A DNA stretch of 64,000 bases from an uncultured Clostridia bacterium. GTDB lineage: Bacteria; Bacillota; Clostridia; Oscillospirales; CAG-272. A program made the translations under genes and the position numbers. Shown here one piece after another: positions 1 through 10,566 of this stretch. Each line of letters opens with the position of its first letter. The stretch's first letter is position 1. Under the pieces are notes generated by a model. That model worked only from the letters and a program-made list of their open reading frames with translations. It made no database searches and was not told the DNA's origin. The stretch lies in the NCBI GenBank assembly GCA_947624995.1, contig CANQMS010000004.1:2139-66138 (forward strand), read 5' to 3'.

Positions 1-194
1 GTGTATCCGGACTTATCAATGATTTCTTTCAGCTTTGCATGATCAAGCGGAATTTCAGCAAGGATTTCCGTTTTACCTTTGCTATGGGAAGATGTAACTT
101 TTTTGACTTTGAAATTCTGACGTACTGCGTCATTGATATGCGCCTCGCACATACCGCACATCATACCGTCGATTTTGACTGTGATCTTAACCAT
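1..194 (-). CDS. Heavy-metal-associated (HMA) domain protein, CopZ-like metallochaperone; C-terminus runs off the window
   Basis: My own minus-strand translation from the ATG at 194-192 gives MVKITVKIDGMMCGMCEAHINDAVRQNF..., which contains the GMxCxxC metal-binding motif. It starts 4 nt after the stop of the upstream hydrolase. Confidence 0.8.
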   Translation of the reverse strand, partial: MVKITVKIDGMMCGMCEAHINDAVRQNFKVKKVTSSHSKGKTEILAEIPLDHAKLKEIIDKSGY

Positions 195-198
195 CGTC

Positions 199-1113
199 TC
201 ACCACACCTCTTTCCAGAACGCCAGCGTCTTTTCAAAAGCGTCCATGTCGCTTTTCCAGCACTGCTCCGGGTATTTTCTCTCTACCCGGAACATCTTTAC
301 GGAGCTTGACCGGATCGGAACGAGCATATGACTTGCGTATTTGTAGCTGACGCACTTGCAGGGATGGGCAAAATTCTTCTCTTTCAGCCGCGCCCTGATT
401 TTCTCCGCCGACAGCTCGGACGGCCACATGACATCATACTCCGGGGAAATTAGAAGCAAAGGACCGCCGATGTTTTCCACCTTGATCTGCGTTTCCTCCG
501 GCGCGTGGAGTACCGCGTCCTCGTAGCAGGAGCGAAGGCAAACGCTCCGTTTCCGCAGGCTGTCCCGGAGAATAGCGGTCTTCGAGAGTTTCAGCCTTGC
601 CCAAGGGAGCTCCTCGCCCCGCCGGCTGAAGGCGGAACATTCAACCGGCTGCACGCCTTTTTTCTTGACAAAGCCCTGAGAGCAGATGTTCGTCGGGCAT
701 ACAGCCGTCACGCAGGAGATCAGCTCCGGCATCAGGCTGCCGGCAAGCAGCGCCAGCTCCGCGCCCATGGAGATCCCCCACAGACCGACCTTTTCAATGC
801 CGTGACCGCGCAGCCACAACGCCGCTTTCTCAACAGGTTCCATCGGGACCTTTTCAAAGCCGTCCGGCAATCCCGGCTCGTTCCAATATGCAAGCGCAAG
901 AACGGTCATTCCGCGCCCCGCATACTGCTCTGCGATCAGCTTCGTGAGGTTGTAAATCCCGTCGCTGCCGCCGAACATGACGACGGTCTTTCCGGGAAAT
1001 TCGTCTCTCTCCGGCTCATATAACGCGCCGATAAATCCGTCAGCGTCAAGCGAAAATTCGCGGTTCGGCGTCCGTTTTAAAAGAGCCGCCGCTTTGTCTT
1101 TGCTCCGTTTCAT
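199..1113 (-). CDS. Alpha/beta hydrolase (BAAT / acyl-CoA thioesterase C-terminal-like, dienelactone-hydrolase fold)
   Basis: 304-aa ORF with a GxSxG nucleophile elbow (GISMGAE) and a C-terminal His (YASHML). An AAGGAG-like SD lies upstream. Confidence 0.7.
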   Translation of the reverse strand: MKRSKDKAAALLKRTPNREFSLDADGFIGALYEPERDEFPGKTVVMFGGSDGIYNLTKLIAEQYAGRGMTVLALAYWNEPGLPDGFEKVPMEPVEKAALWLRGHGIEKVGLWGISMGAELALLAGSLMPELISCVTAVCPTNICSQGFVKKKGVQPVECSAFSRRGEELPWARLKLSKTAILRDSLRKRSVCLRSCYEDAVLHAPEETQIKVENIGGPLLLISPEYDVMWPSELSAEKIRARLKEKNFAHPCKCVSYKYASHMLVPIRSSSVKMFRVERKYPEQCWKSDMDAFEKTLAFWKEVW

Positions 1114-1138
1114 TGTTTTGCGTCTCCTTTTTCGATTA

Positions 1139-1314
1139 GGTTAGTCCGGACTAACCCATGGGCTTAAATTTAAGCCGTCTTTCCGGCCTGTCATGTTCCG
1201 ATCATTGCGTTGAAATGTCTACAAGAAGATTTATAGGGTTGTTAGCCTCAGCTAACCCATGTCGCAAAAATAATAAGCCTTTCGGCTCTAATGTAGGTTA
1301 GCTGTCGCTAACCT
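1139..1314. promoter_or_regulatory. Array of three related palindromes (consensus GGTTAG[C/T]-N4-[G/A]CTAACC); candidate operator sites
   Basis: GGTTAGTCCGGACTAACC at 1139-1156 is a perfect 18-bp palindrome. GTTAGCCTCAGCTAAC lies at 1241-1256 and AGGTTAGCTGTCGCTAACCT at 1295-1314. All three sit in the 5' region of the minus-strand hydrolase/HMA operon. Confidence 0.5.
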
Positions 1315-1741
1315 CGGTTATTTTAACATACCCTTTCTGATTTGTCAAGGGGGAAAAATTTAAAAACCGAAACGGAACGGCTATATCTCTTTGGATACTA
1401 TCGAAAGCATCTGCCGCGCACCGGAATGCGGCGCGGATCATATTCCGGAATTTGTACCGGATAATTCGGGGGGCAATGACGGATGTGGTCGAAGTGGTCA
1501 AAAGATATTCGGAATTGTTAAGAAAGTTAGAAAAAATGTAGAAAGTAAGCAGCTTTTGACAAATAGGGATCGAAAACATAGCCGTTTTCTGATATCATTC
1601 ATTTTGGGATTTGACTCTTATGTCAAAGCTTACGGCAAAGTACTGTCCTTGCAAAAAAATAACCGCCAGATCCCCATCCGTTAAGCGAAATCGGTCCCGA
1701 CTCACGCTCTGTCAAACGCGAGATAAAACCGGCTATGGAGG

Positions 1742-2540
1742 TTGCCGATGAAAGGGCAAATCAAATTGATCTACATATTGACCGCGCTGTTTTCCGCGGT
1801 CATCATTGCCGTACTGGCTATCAATGTCATTTCGACCTATCAGCTTGCCTCCGGGCAGACGGAAGAAATGGGTCGCATGAGGATCGAGATCATCACCTCC
1901 GACATGCAGGAAACATTGAGCGAGGCGACGCACTCTCTTGATCGGAGGGGAGCCGTATATAAGCTCGGTTTATAAAGACGCCTTTACCGACGGCATGTGC
2001 TTTACAGTCTCGAAGATACTGGGCGACGGAGAGACGATCGTCGGTATCGACTATTCTATGTCCGCCATACAGGCATATATTGTGAAAATGAACTCCATGG
2101 ATTACGGTCAGGCTATGATCGTAAACAGGGACGGTCTGATCGTCGGCTGTTCCGACCCGGATCTTGTGGGCGAGCGGCTTTCTGAGGAGTATGAGGACTA
2201 CCGTTCCGCCTTCACTCTTGCAAACTCTCAGGACACCAACGGCAGCATAGCGGTAAACACGTCTGACAACGGCACGATCTTTTGTTCCAGAACCGAAAAC
2301 GACTGGTATCTCATGCTCATGGTCCGCAATCAGGACCTCTATCGGGACGGTTACAGGCAGCTCATCGTAAGCTCCGTCGCCCTTGCCCTTAATAAGATGA
2401 TCCGCTGGCAGAAGACGGCAAACGAAAACCTCAGCCGCACCGTTGAGACTGCCACCGCAGCCGACAAGGCAAAATCAAAGTTTCTGGCGCAGATGTCCCA
2501 CGAGATCAGGACTCCGGGTCGGTCTTCAGCTTTGATGTAA
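1742..2540 (+). pseudogene. Disrupted N-terminal part of a hybrid sensor histidine kinase (TM helix, Cache-like fragment, start of HisKA)
   Basis: Two overlapping frames (1742-1975 and 1938-2540). The H-box KFLAQMSHEIRTP is followed at once by a stop. The next frame reads GSVFSFDV, which is typical of the end of HATPase_c, so the catalytic core is missing. Confidence 0.7.
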
Positions 2541-2602
2541 AGCAGGAAGCCATATCAGACGAGCCCTTCGGCGACTTCACCGCCCGTCGGCAGGCGAGCC
2601 TC

Positions 2603-4483
2603 ATGGCAGACAAGTATGACGATTATGTTTTTGCCCCGGACGCCGATATTCTAATTGTGGATGACAACGAAATGAACCGCCGTGTCGCCGTTGGGCTGAT
2701 GAAACGGAACGGCTTCGTGCCGGATACGGCGGGCAGCGGTCGGGAGTGTATCGAACTTGTTTCCAAGCGGCATTACAACATCATCTTCATGGATCATATG
2801 ATGCCCGAAATGGACGGAATCGAGGCACTTCACGCGCTGATAGACGGCGGTCTGATCTCCGGGGACACGGCAGTCATCGCCATGGCGGCGAACGCGATCG
2901 TAGAGGCAAGAGAGGAGTATTTGCAGGCAGGGTTCACAGACTATCTGTCAAAGCCCATAGTTGTAAAAAAACTTGAGAAAGCGCTGGAAAAGTACATCCC
3001 GAAGGAGAAGATTTCCTATATGAACAAGGATGCCGTACAGAGCGCCGATACTGTCGAACCCATAGCCAAAGCCCACCCCGAAAAAAATGAAACAAAGGAG
3101 AATGAAACCGTGGCAGCGCCCCCTCAAAATCCCGGCGTAAAAGAGAGATTTTCCTTTCTTGACACAGACACCGGCATTACCTACTGCGCCAACGACGAGG
3201 ACTTTTATCTTGAGATGCTCGGCACTTATTTTGAAAGCAATAAACTTGCGGACATTGAAAAATGCTTCGCAGAAAAGGACTGGTCGAATTATCGGATCCT
3301 TGTCCACGCGCTGAAGTCCTCCTCCCTGTCAATAGGCGCGGCGCCGCTATCCGAAAAGGCAAAGGCTTTGGAGGCGGCGGCAAAGGAGAGCAACGCGCAA
3401 TACATAGAAGCGAATCATGCAGACTGTATGGCGGCATATAAAACACTGCTTGCCGGAATCGACGCGGGTCTGCACGGTAAAGCCATTCCGACGGAGGCGG
3501 CAGCTGAAGACGCCGCCGTCAGAGAGCACATACTTGTCGTTGACGATGACAGGATGAATCTCAAAATGGCGGAAAGGCTCCTGAAAAGCTCATATGATGT
3601 GAGCTGTGTGCCGTCCGGAGAAGAGGCGCTCGGATTTCTCAAATCGAACCGTCCGGATATGATCCTGCTGGACCTGCATATGCCCGGCATGGATGGGTTC
3701 GACGTCCTCAAGCAAATCCGCTCGGTTCTTGGTTTTGACGATATTCCCGTCATATTCCTGACCGCGGACGACGACCAGAAGGCGGAGATCATGCTCAAGC
3801 GAATCCAGAGAATGTCGGAGCTGTCCCGCCTGCGGCATAATCTGGAGGACGAGGTCCGCAAGCAGACAAAAACGGCAGAGGAGCGCCGCGAGAGGATGGA
3901 ACGGCTCTCCGAAGAGGCTGTGCTCTGCCTTTCCAAGGCAATCGACGCAAAGGACAAATATACGAACGGTCACTCAGAGCGCGTCGCTAAATATTCGCGG
4001 GAGATTGCACGCCGTGCCGGCATGAGCGAAAGCGAACAGAAGGACATATATTTCATGGGTCTCCTCCACGATGTGGGCAAGATCGGTGTGCCTGACACCG
4101 TTATCAACAAGCCCGGGAAACTCACCGATGAAGAATTCGCCATGATCAAAAGGCACCCGGGCATGGGTTATGAGATCCTAAAGGACATCACGGAAATGCC
4201 CGGGATCGGTCAGGGTGCGCGCCGGCACCATGAGCGCTACGGCGGAGGCGGTTACCCTGACGGGATCAGCGGCAAAGACATTCCCGTTTACACCCGCATC
4301 ATCGGCGTGGCAGACGCCTATGACGCCATGACCTCCAAACGCAGCTACCGCGGTGTGCTGCCGCAGGATGTTGTCAAAAAAGAGGTCGAAAAAGGAATAG
4401 GAACTCAGTTTGACCCCGTTTTCGCAAAGATCATGCTGGAAATGATCGAAGAAGACACAAATTATGAGCTCCACGAGGCGTAG
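2603..4483 (+). CDS. REC-HPt-REC-HD-GYP protein; the open C-terminal remainder of the hybrid kinase (HD-GYP domains are c-di-GMP phosphodiesterases)
   Basis: REC1 (IIFMDHMMPEMDG ... SKP), HPt (HALKSSSLSIGA), REC2 (ILLDLHMPGMDG, with no KP motif after FLTA) and HD-GYP (HSERVA, LLHDVGK, HHERYGGGGYPDG). Confidence 0.75.
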   Translation: MADKYDDYVFAPDADILIVDDNEMNRRVAVGLMKRNGFVPDTAGSGRECIELVSKRHYNIIFMDHMMPEMDGIEALHALIDGGLISGDTAVIAMAANAIVEAREEYLQAGFTDYLSKPIVVKKLEKALEKYIPKEKISYMNKDAVQSADTVEPIAKAHPEKNETKENETVAAPPQNPGVKERFSFLDTDTGITYCANDEDFYLEMLGTYFESNKLADIEKCFAEKDWSNYRILVHALKSSSLSIGAAPLSEKAKALEAAAKESNAQYIEANHADCMAAYKTLLAGIDAGLHGKAIPTEAAAEDAAVREHILVVDDDRMNLKMAERLLKSSYDVSCVPSGEEALGFLKSNRPDMILLDLHMPGMDGFDVLKQIRSVLGFDDIPVIFLTADDDQKAEIMLKRIQRMSELSRLRHNLEDEVRKQTKTAEERRERMERLSEEAVLCLSKAIDAKDKYTNGHSERVAKYSREIARRAGMSESEQKDIYFMGLLHDVGKIGVPDTVINKPGKLTDEEFAMIKRHPGMGYEILKDITEMPGIGQGARRHHERYGGGGYPDGISGKDIPVYTRIIGVADAYDAMTSKRSYRGVLPQDVVKKEVEKGIGTQFDPVFAKIMLEMIEEDTNYELHEA

Positions 4484-4546
4484 GATGAACGTCTGACGAC
4501 ACCCTCGGCGCGTGTGACGGGTATATGGTATATAATAAATCAAAAA

Positions 4547-4592
4547 ATGACCGTGCAAGAGCGTTTTGCCTTGCATGGTCATTTTGTATTTG
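4547..4592. terminator. Bidirectional intrinsic terminator
   Basis: A 13-bp stem ATGACCGTGCAAG/CTTGCATGGTCAT (one G-U pair), flanked by an A-run upstream and TTTTGTATTT downstream. Confidence 0.7.
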
Positions 4593-4644
4593 CCCCGCCG
4601 AAAGATCGTCGGTTTAGATCCGCTTGCTTATACAAATTTTTATT

Positions 4645-4767
4645 TTAAACTCCCGGAAAGAGCAGCCCGATTTGTTTTTTCCTGTCCTTATTGCAGCAGC
4701 CCCATACATCGAACGTGTAACAGCCATCAAAGCCAAATGAGCCGAGGGCAAAAGTGCAGCCATTCAT
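4645..4767 (-). CDS. Hypothetical 40-aa Cys/Gly/Phe-rich micro-ORF (MNGCTFALGSFGFDGCYTFDVWGCCNKDRKKQIGLLFPGV)
   Basis: My own translation. A weak SD (AGGGA) lies about 4 nt upstream, inside an AT-rich islet. An alternative 49-codon frame starts at 4763, so the coding status is unresolved. Confidence 0.25.
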   Translation of the reverse strand: MNGCTFALGSFGFDGCYTFDVWGCCNKDRKKQIGLLFPGV

Positions 4768-4954
4768 ATTTTCCCTAAAAAATGACTATATAACAAATCA
4801 AACCTCACTCGGTCGATAATTAAAGACCGTGCAGTTTTTAATTTAATCAGATCTTTCGTGAATTCCGGTCCTCATTCTCTCTCACATTTCCACATTCTGT
4901 TATGGATAAATCCTCACTTCCGAGTAAACAATAACCTTGTGAATAAATCTCTCA

Positions 4955-4984
4955 CAAAAAAATTACGCCGCCCGAACGGGCGGC
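4955..4984 (-). terminator. Minus-strand intrinsic-terminator-like hairpin just upstream of spoVT
   Basis: The minus strand reads GCCGCCC-GTTC-GGGCGGC followed by GTAATTTTTTTG. Confidence 0.5.
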
Positions 4985-5018
4985 TGGGACAATATAAAGA
5001 AAGGTTCGGTTTTATCCT

Positions 5019-5576
5019 ATGAAGGCTACCGGAATAGTACGGCGCATCGACGATCTCGGACGCGTCGTTATACCGAAAGAGATCAGACGTACCATGCGCA
5101 TCCGCGAGGGCGACCCGCTTGAAATATACACAGACAGAGACGGGGAGGTCATTTTCAAGAAATACTCCCCGATCGGCGAGCTGACGACTTTTGCGGCACA
5201 GTACGCAGAAACGCTGCACAAGACGTGCGGACTGTCCGTCATTATCTGCGACCGCGACACGGTCATCGCGTCTGCGGGCGTCTCAAAGAAAGAATATGCG
5301 GAGCGCAAGCTCTCGGGCGAGCTCGAATCCATAATCGAGTCACGCCAGCCCTATAAATATAACGAATTCTCCGGCGATTCGAAAAAGCTATACGTCACGG
5401 ACGGCGCCGCGCACCATATCCGCGTTGCGGTTCCGATAATCAGCGAAGGCGACCTTGTCGGCTGCGTCGTTTCCGTATCGGTCGGCGACGCCGGGACGGC
5501 TCCCGTCGACGAAGAGATCGAATCCAAGCTCATAACGACTGCGGCTTCTTTCCTTGGCAAACAGCTTGAAGCGTGA
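5019..5576 (+). CDS. spoVT: Stage V sporulation protein T (AbrB-type swapped-hairpin DNA-binding domain plus GAF-like domain)
   Basis: MKATGIVRRIDDLGRVVIPKEIRRTMRIREGDPLEIYTDRDGEVIFKKYSPI is near-identical to my recollection of the B. subtilis SpoVT N-terminus. The 185-aa length also fits. Confidence 0.93.
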   Translation: MKATGIVRRIDDLGRVVIPKEIRRTMRIREGDPLEIYTDRDGEVIFKKYSPIGELTTFAAQYAETLHKTCGLSVIICDRDTVIASAGVSKKEYAERKLSGELESIIESRQPYKYNEFSGDSKKLYVTDGAAHHIRVAVPIISEGDLVGCVVSVSVGDAGTAPVDEEIESKLITTAASFLGKQLEA

Positions 5577-5812
5577 CATCGAAAACGGCACTCCGCGCCC
5601 GACAGACTCAAAGCAGCGCCCCTCTCCATCCATGCTCGTCGAGCATGAATGCAGGATGCGGCGAGAGCCTGTTCCCGCCGTGCGCCACAGAGACGGCACC
5701 GTCCGGTGCGTCTGCGCCGGATGCTGCTCCGACTGCCGGGACGGCATGCTCTGAGCCGTAAACAACTGTACAACGGTACAACAGTGCATCAAATACAGCG
5801 CATAACTGCCGA

Positions 5813-5856
5813 AGAGGCGGTGAAAAATCACTTTTTTCACCGCCTCTTTCATTTTG
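5813..5856 (+). terminator. Intrinsic terminator about 240 nt downstream of the spoVT stop
   Basis: AGAGGCGGTGAAAAA / TTTTTCACCGCCTCT stem followed by TTCATTTT. Confidence 0.7.
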
Positions 5857-5962
5857 CACTCTTGCGCATTTGCGTCGATGGGAGCCTTTGATCGGTCCCG
5901 ACGGCATCATCTTTCATTTTGCGCCTGTGTACATTTACATCCGCTGCATCCCCGCTCCCGTA

Positions 5963-6808
5963 TCAGGCAAAAAACGCGTGGTTCCCTATTGACAAAAGAT
6001 ACGGGCGGGCGCGTCCCATCCACGATGACGGACGGACAGCCTCCGTGCAGAAAAACAGCATCTCGCTGTTGTATCTGTACCCCTCCATGCACAGCTTGGC
6101 GGCGATTACGCTCTCCTCTGTCGGCTCGCGGTATATCTCCGCCGTGTACGCCGGCGTGAACTGCACGCCGTACTTCATGTCGAAGATGACATCATAAACA
6201 TTGTCCGGATAAAGAGGGCTGTCGACCCTGTTGTATACGACAGCGCCGACGGCGAGCTTGCCCAAGAGCGGCTCGCCGCGGCTCTCGGCGCTTATCAGAC
6301 GCGACAGCCAATAGAGCTCGACCGTGTCGTAAAAGGAATCCGCCGGCGCTATCGGCGACGCCTCGCCCGTGACTGTCACGCGCCGTGTCTCGCCGTCCCA
6401 CTCCACGTCAACTCCGAACGCCTTTGCCATCGGTCGGACGGCGACCATCATCGTCCCGTCCTCGATATAATTATCTCCGATGCAGTATATGGCGCGGTCG
6501 TTCGCGATTATGTACGGATCCCCTGCCCTTGCGGTCACAGTCATGCCGCGCCAGCTCGCGGAAGCCGTCGCGGTATCGCCGTCCCAGCCGACGACTGCCT
6601 CCCCGCCGGACATCACTCCGCAGAACATGCGGAACGGAACGCGCGTCACCGAGTCGACGATGATGCACTTATCCTCCGCGAACGGCTCGCCGTTCATATA
6701 TACGCCGACATCCCCCGTCTCGGCGGAGACGCCGATGGTGAGCACCGACGCGCAGATGACCGTACACACCGACGCCGCAAGCATGCGGCACAGCTTTTTC
6801 ACTTTCAT
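5963..6808 (-). CDS. Secreted cell-wall hydrolase, SleB/CwlJ family, with an N-terminal copper-amine-oxidase-like stalk domain
   Basis: Signal peptide (MKVKKLCRMLAASVCTVICASVL). The C-terminal region LSRLISAESRGEPLLGKLAVGAVVYNRVDSPLYPDNVYDVIF matches the Hydrolase_2 (SleB) signature. Confidence 0.8.
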   Translation of the reverse strand: MKVKKLCRMLAASVCTVICASVLTIGVSAETGDVGVYMNGEPFAEDKCIIVDSVTRVPFRMFCGVMSGGEAVVGWDGDTATASASWRGMTVTARAGDPYIIANDRAIYCIGDNYIEDGTMMVAVRPMAKAFGVDVEWDGETRRVTVTGEASPIAPADSFYDTVELYWLSRLISAESRGEPLLGKLAVGAVVYNRVDSPLYPDNVYDVIFDMKYGVQFTPAYTAEIYREPTEESVIAAKLCMEGYRYNSEMLFFCTEAVRPSSWMGRARPYLLSIGNHAFFA

Positions 6809-6955
6809 TTTTCTTTTTGCTTCCTTTCTTATTAGACTGTTTTATCGCTTTTATTTTACCGCACCTGTCGCGCGAAATAAAGACGAGCTTTATGGAAGTG
6901 TGCCCGACAAAATGCAGAAAGCGTCCGTTTCTGCACGATTGCGGCATAGGGACCG

Positions 6956-8290
6956 CTATTTCCCGCGATGAACGATCGCGTCGGGCGGCGAGACGAGACG
7001 GCGCATCATGAGAAGGCAGATGACGTTCACCGTCGTCATCACGCCGACCGTTATGTCCGAGGCGAGCCAGACGGCGGGCGGCGCCATGACCGAGCCGAAC
7101 AGTATCATTATTATATACGCCGCCGTAAACGCACGCACGGTCCCCGCGCCGCCGCCGAGATACCGCAGCGCGACGCGCGCATAATAGTGCTGCGACAAGA
7201 GCGTTGCCAAAACGAAGACGAACACCGAGACGGCGAGCGCCGGCTCCGCCCATCCTCCGAGGATCGACGAAAACGACACGGTCGCCGTCGACATCGCATC
7301 CCCCGCCGGAATGAGCGCGCCGCCTCCCGCCGAGAGCACGGCGAACGCCGTAAGCGTGCAGATGACTATCGTGTCCGCGAAGACCTCGAAAATGCCGAGG
7401 CAGCCCTGCGCCTCCGGCGAATACGCCTCGGCGCAGGCGTGCGCCGTCGGTGACGTGCCTGCCCCCGCCTCATTCGTTATGACGCCGCGCACGACGCCGT
7501 ATCTGACGGCGGAGGCGATCATGTACCCGCCGGCGCCTCCGGCGGCGGCACGGAGCGAGAATGCGTCCTCAAAAATGCGCCTTACGACCTCGGGCAGCGA
7601 GTCCCGGCATATGACGATGACGGCGGCGCACATGAAAATGTACAGCGCCGACACCGCCGGGATCATGTAAACCGTCGCCGCAGATACGCGGCGCGCGCCG
7701 CCGGTCACGGCGGCGGCTGTCAGCACGGCGAGGACGGCGCCGACCGCGAGCGGCGGCACGGACAAGAGCTCGGACGCGGAATCGGCGGCGGCGTTCACCT
7801 GCAGGACTCCGCCGACCGTGAACGAATTGAAGACGCAGAGCACCGCGAAAAATGCGCCGAGCCTGCGCGCCGCAGTCCGCCCCACCGGCAGCCCGTCCGC
7901 TATATAATACGGCGCGCCGCCGTACCAGCGCTCGCCCGGGGCGCCGCCGCGGCGCCTGTATGTGACGGCAAGCGCCGTTTCGGCGTATTTTACCGACATT
8001 GCCGCGGTCGCCGACACCCACATCCAGAACACGGCGCCGGCGCCGCCGGAAGCGATCGCGGCGCAGACGCCCGTGATGTTGCCGACGCCGAGCGTCCCGG
8101 CGAGCGCCATCGTCGCCGCGCGGAACGGCGAGATCCCGTCCCCGCCGCGCTTCGACATCAGCCGCAGCGTCCCCACCGGATGGAGGATATAGAAAAAACG
8201 CAGGCGGAAGGCAAAATATACGCCGGAGATCAAAAGCAGCGGCACCATAACGGCGCCGAGCGCCGCGGACATCGCCTCGAAAAAAGCCAT
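6956..8290 (-). CDS. Alanine/glycine:cation symporter (AGCS family)
   Basis: Polytopic membrane ORF containing SPFRAATMALAGTLGVGNITGV and ITNEAGAGTSP motifs. The start was moved to the ATG at 8290 (MAFFEAM). Confidence 0.85.
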   Translation of the reverse strand: MAFFEAMSAALGAVMVPLLLISGVYFAFRLRFFYILHPVGTLRLMSKRGGDGISPFRAATMALAGTLGVGNITGVCAAIASGGAGAVFWMWVSATAAMSVKYAETALAVTYRRRGGAPGERWYGGAPYYIADGLPVGRTAARRLGAFFAVLCVFNSFTVGGVLQVNAAADSASELLSVPPLAVGAVLAVLTAAAVTGGARRVSAATVYMIPAVSALYIFMCAAVIVICRDSLPEVVRRIFEDAFSLRAAAGGAGGYMIASAVRYGVVRGVITNEAGAGTSPTAHACAEAYSPEAQGCLGIFEVFADTIVICTLTAFAVLSAGGGALIPAGDAMSTATVSFSSILGGWAEPALAVSVFVFVLATLLSQHYYARVALRYLGGGAGTVRAFTAAYIIMILFGSVMAPPAVWLASDITVGVMTTVNVICLLMMRRLVSPPDAIVHRGK

Positions 8291-8450
8291 ACGCACCCCG
8301 CTTTCGCAGTTCATACTGTTTCACATATACTTATTCGCCGCATTTGACAAATATTACACTATTTACCGCATATTTTTGCCGATTAATTTGGCAATAATAA
8401 ACATACATCCGTTTTAATTGTAAACTAAATGTGAACATTATAAAATGGTC

Positions 8451-8479
8451 TTGATTTTTCCGCCGGACTTATATAAAAT
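8451..8479 (+). promoter_or_regulatory. Sigma-A-type promoter of groESL
   Basis: TTGATT-17 nt-TAAAAT, immediately upstream of CIRCE. Confidence 0.6.
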
Positions 8480-8491
8480 AGTAGCGTGAGA

Positions 8492-8518
8492 TTAGCACTC
8501 CCACTCGTCGAGTGCTAA
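8492..8518 (+). promoter_or_regulatory. CIRCE operator (HrcA binding site)
   Basis: TTAGCACTC-N9-GAGTGCTAA, a perfect match to the consensus. Confidence 0.95.
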
Positions 8519-8576
8519 AACGCACATCTTAAAACACGGTATTCTTACATATCTTATGTAGAAGGAGGACATGAAA

Positions 8577-8861
8577 ATGAAAATCAACCCGCTTTTTGAC
8601 CGTGTGGTCGTAAAGGCAACGGAGGTCGAGGAGACGACTGCCGCAGGCATCATCCTTCCCGGATCCGCAAAGGAGAAGCCGCAGATATTCGAGGTGGTCG
8701 CCGTCGGACCCGGCGGTGAGATCGAAGGCAAATCGACGACGATGGTCAGTTCTGTCGGCGACCGCGTCATCGTCAGCAAGTACGCCGGCACCGAGATCAA
8801 GATCGACGGCGTCGAGTACAATATCGTCCGTCAGGGCGACATTCTCGCAAAGATCGACTGA
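8577..8861 (+). CDS. groES: Co-chaperonin GroES
   Basis: MKINPLFDRVVVKATEVEETTAAGIILP... The second ATG was chosen because GGAGG lies 8 nt upstream of it. Confidence 0.95.
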   Translation: MKINPLFDRVVVKATEVEETTAAGIILPGSAKEKPQIFEVVAVGPGGEIEGKSTTMVSSVGDRVIVSKYAGTEIKIDGVEYNIVRQGDILAKID

Positions 8862-8867
8862 AAATAA

Positions 8868-10520
<1,653 letters not shown>

Positions 10521-10566
10521 TTTTCCATATCTGAAAAAACAATACAAACACGATACAATATTAAAA

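Noticed and set aside
1298-1684. ORFs of 93 and 97 codons in the long intergenic region before the sensor kinase.
   Set aside because: They overlap each other on opposite strands, lack SDs (one starts with TTG) and have an implausible, motif-free composition.
5573-5761. 62-codon ORF (Cys/Ala/Pro-rich) considered as a RiPP or bacteriocin precursor.
   Set aside because: It has a GTG start overlapping the spoVT stop, no SD, low-complexity GC-driven composition, and no modification or transport genes nearby.
8291-8450. Glycine riboswitch upstream of the alanine/glycine:cation symporter.
   Set aside because: The minus-strand leader is AT-rich and lacks the conserved GGAGAG ... CACCG cores of glycine aptamers.
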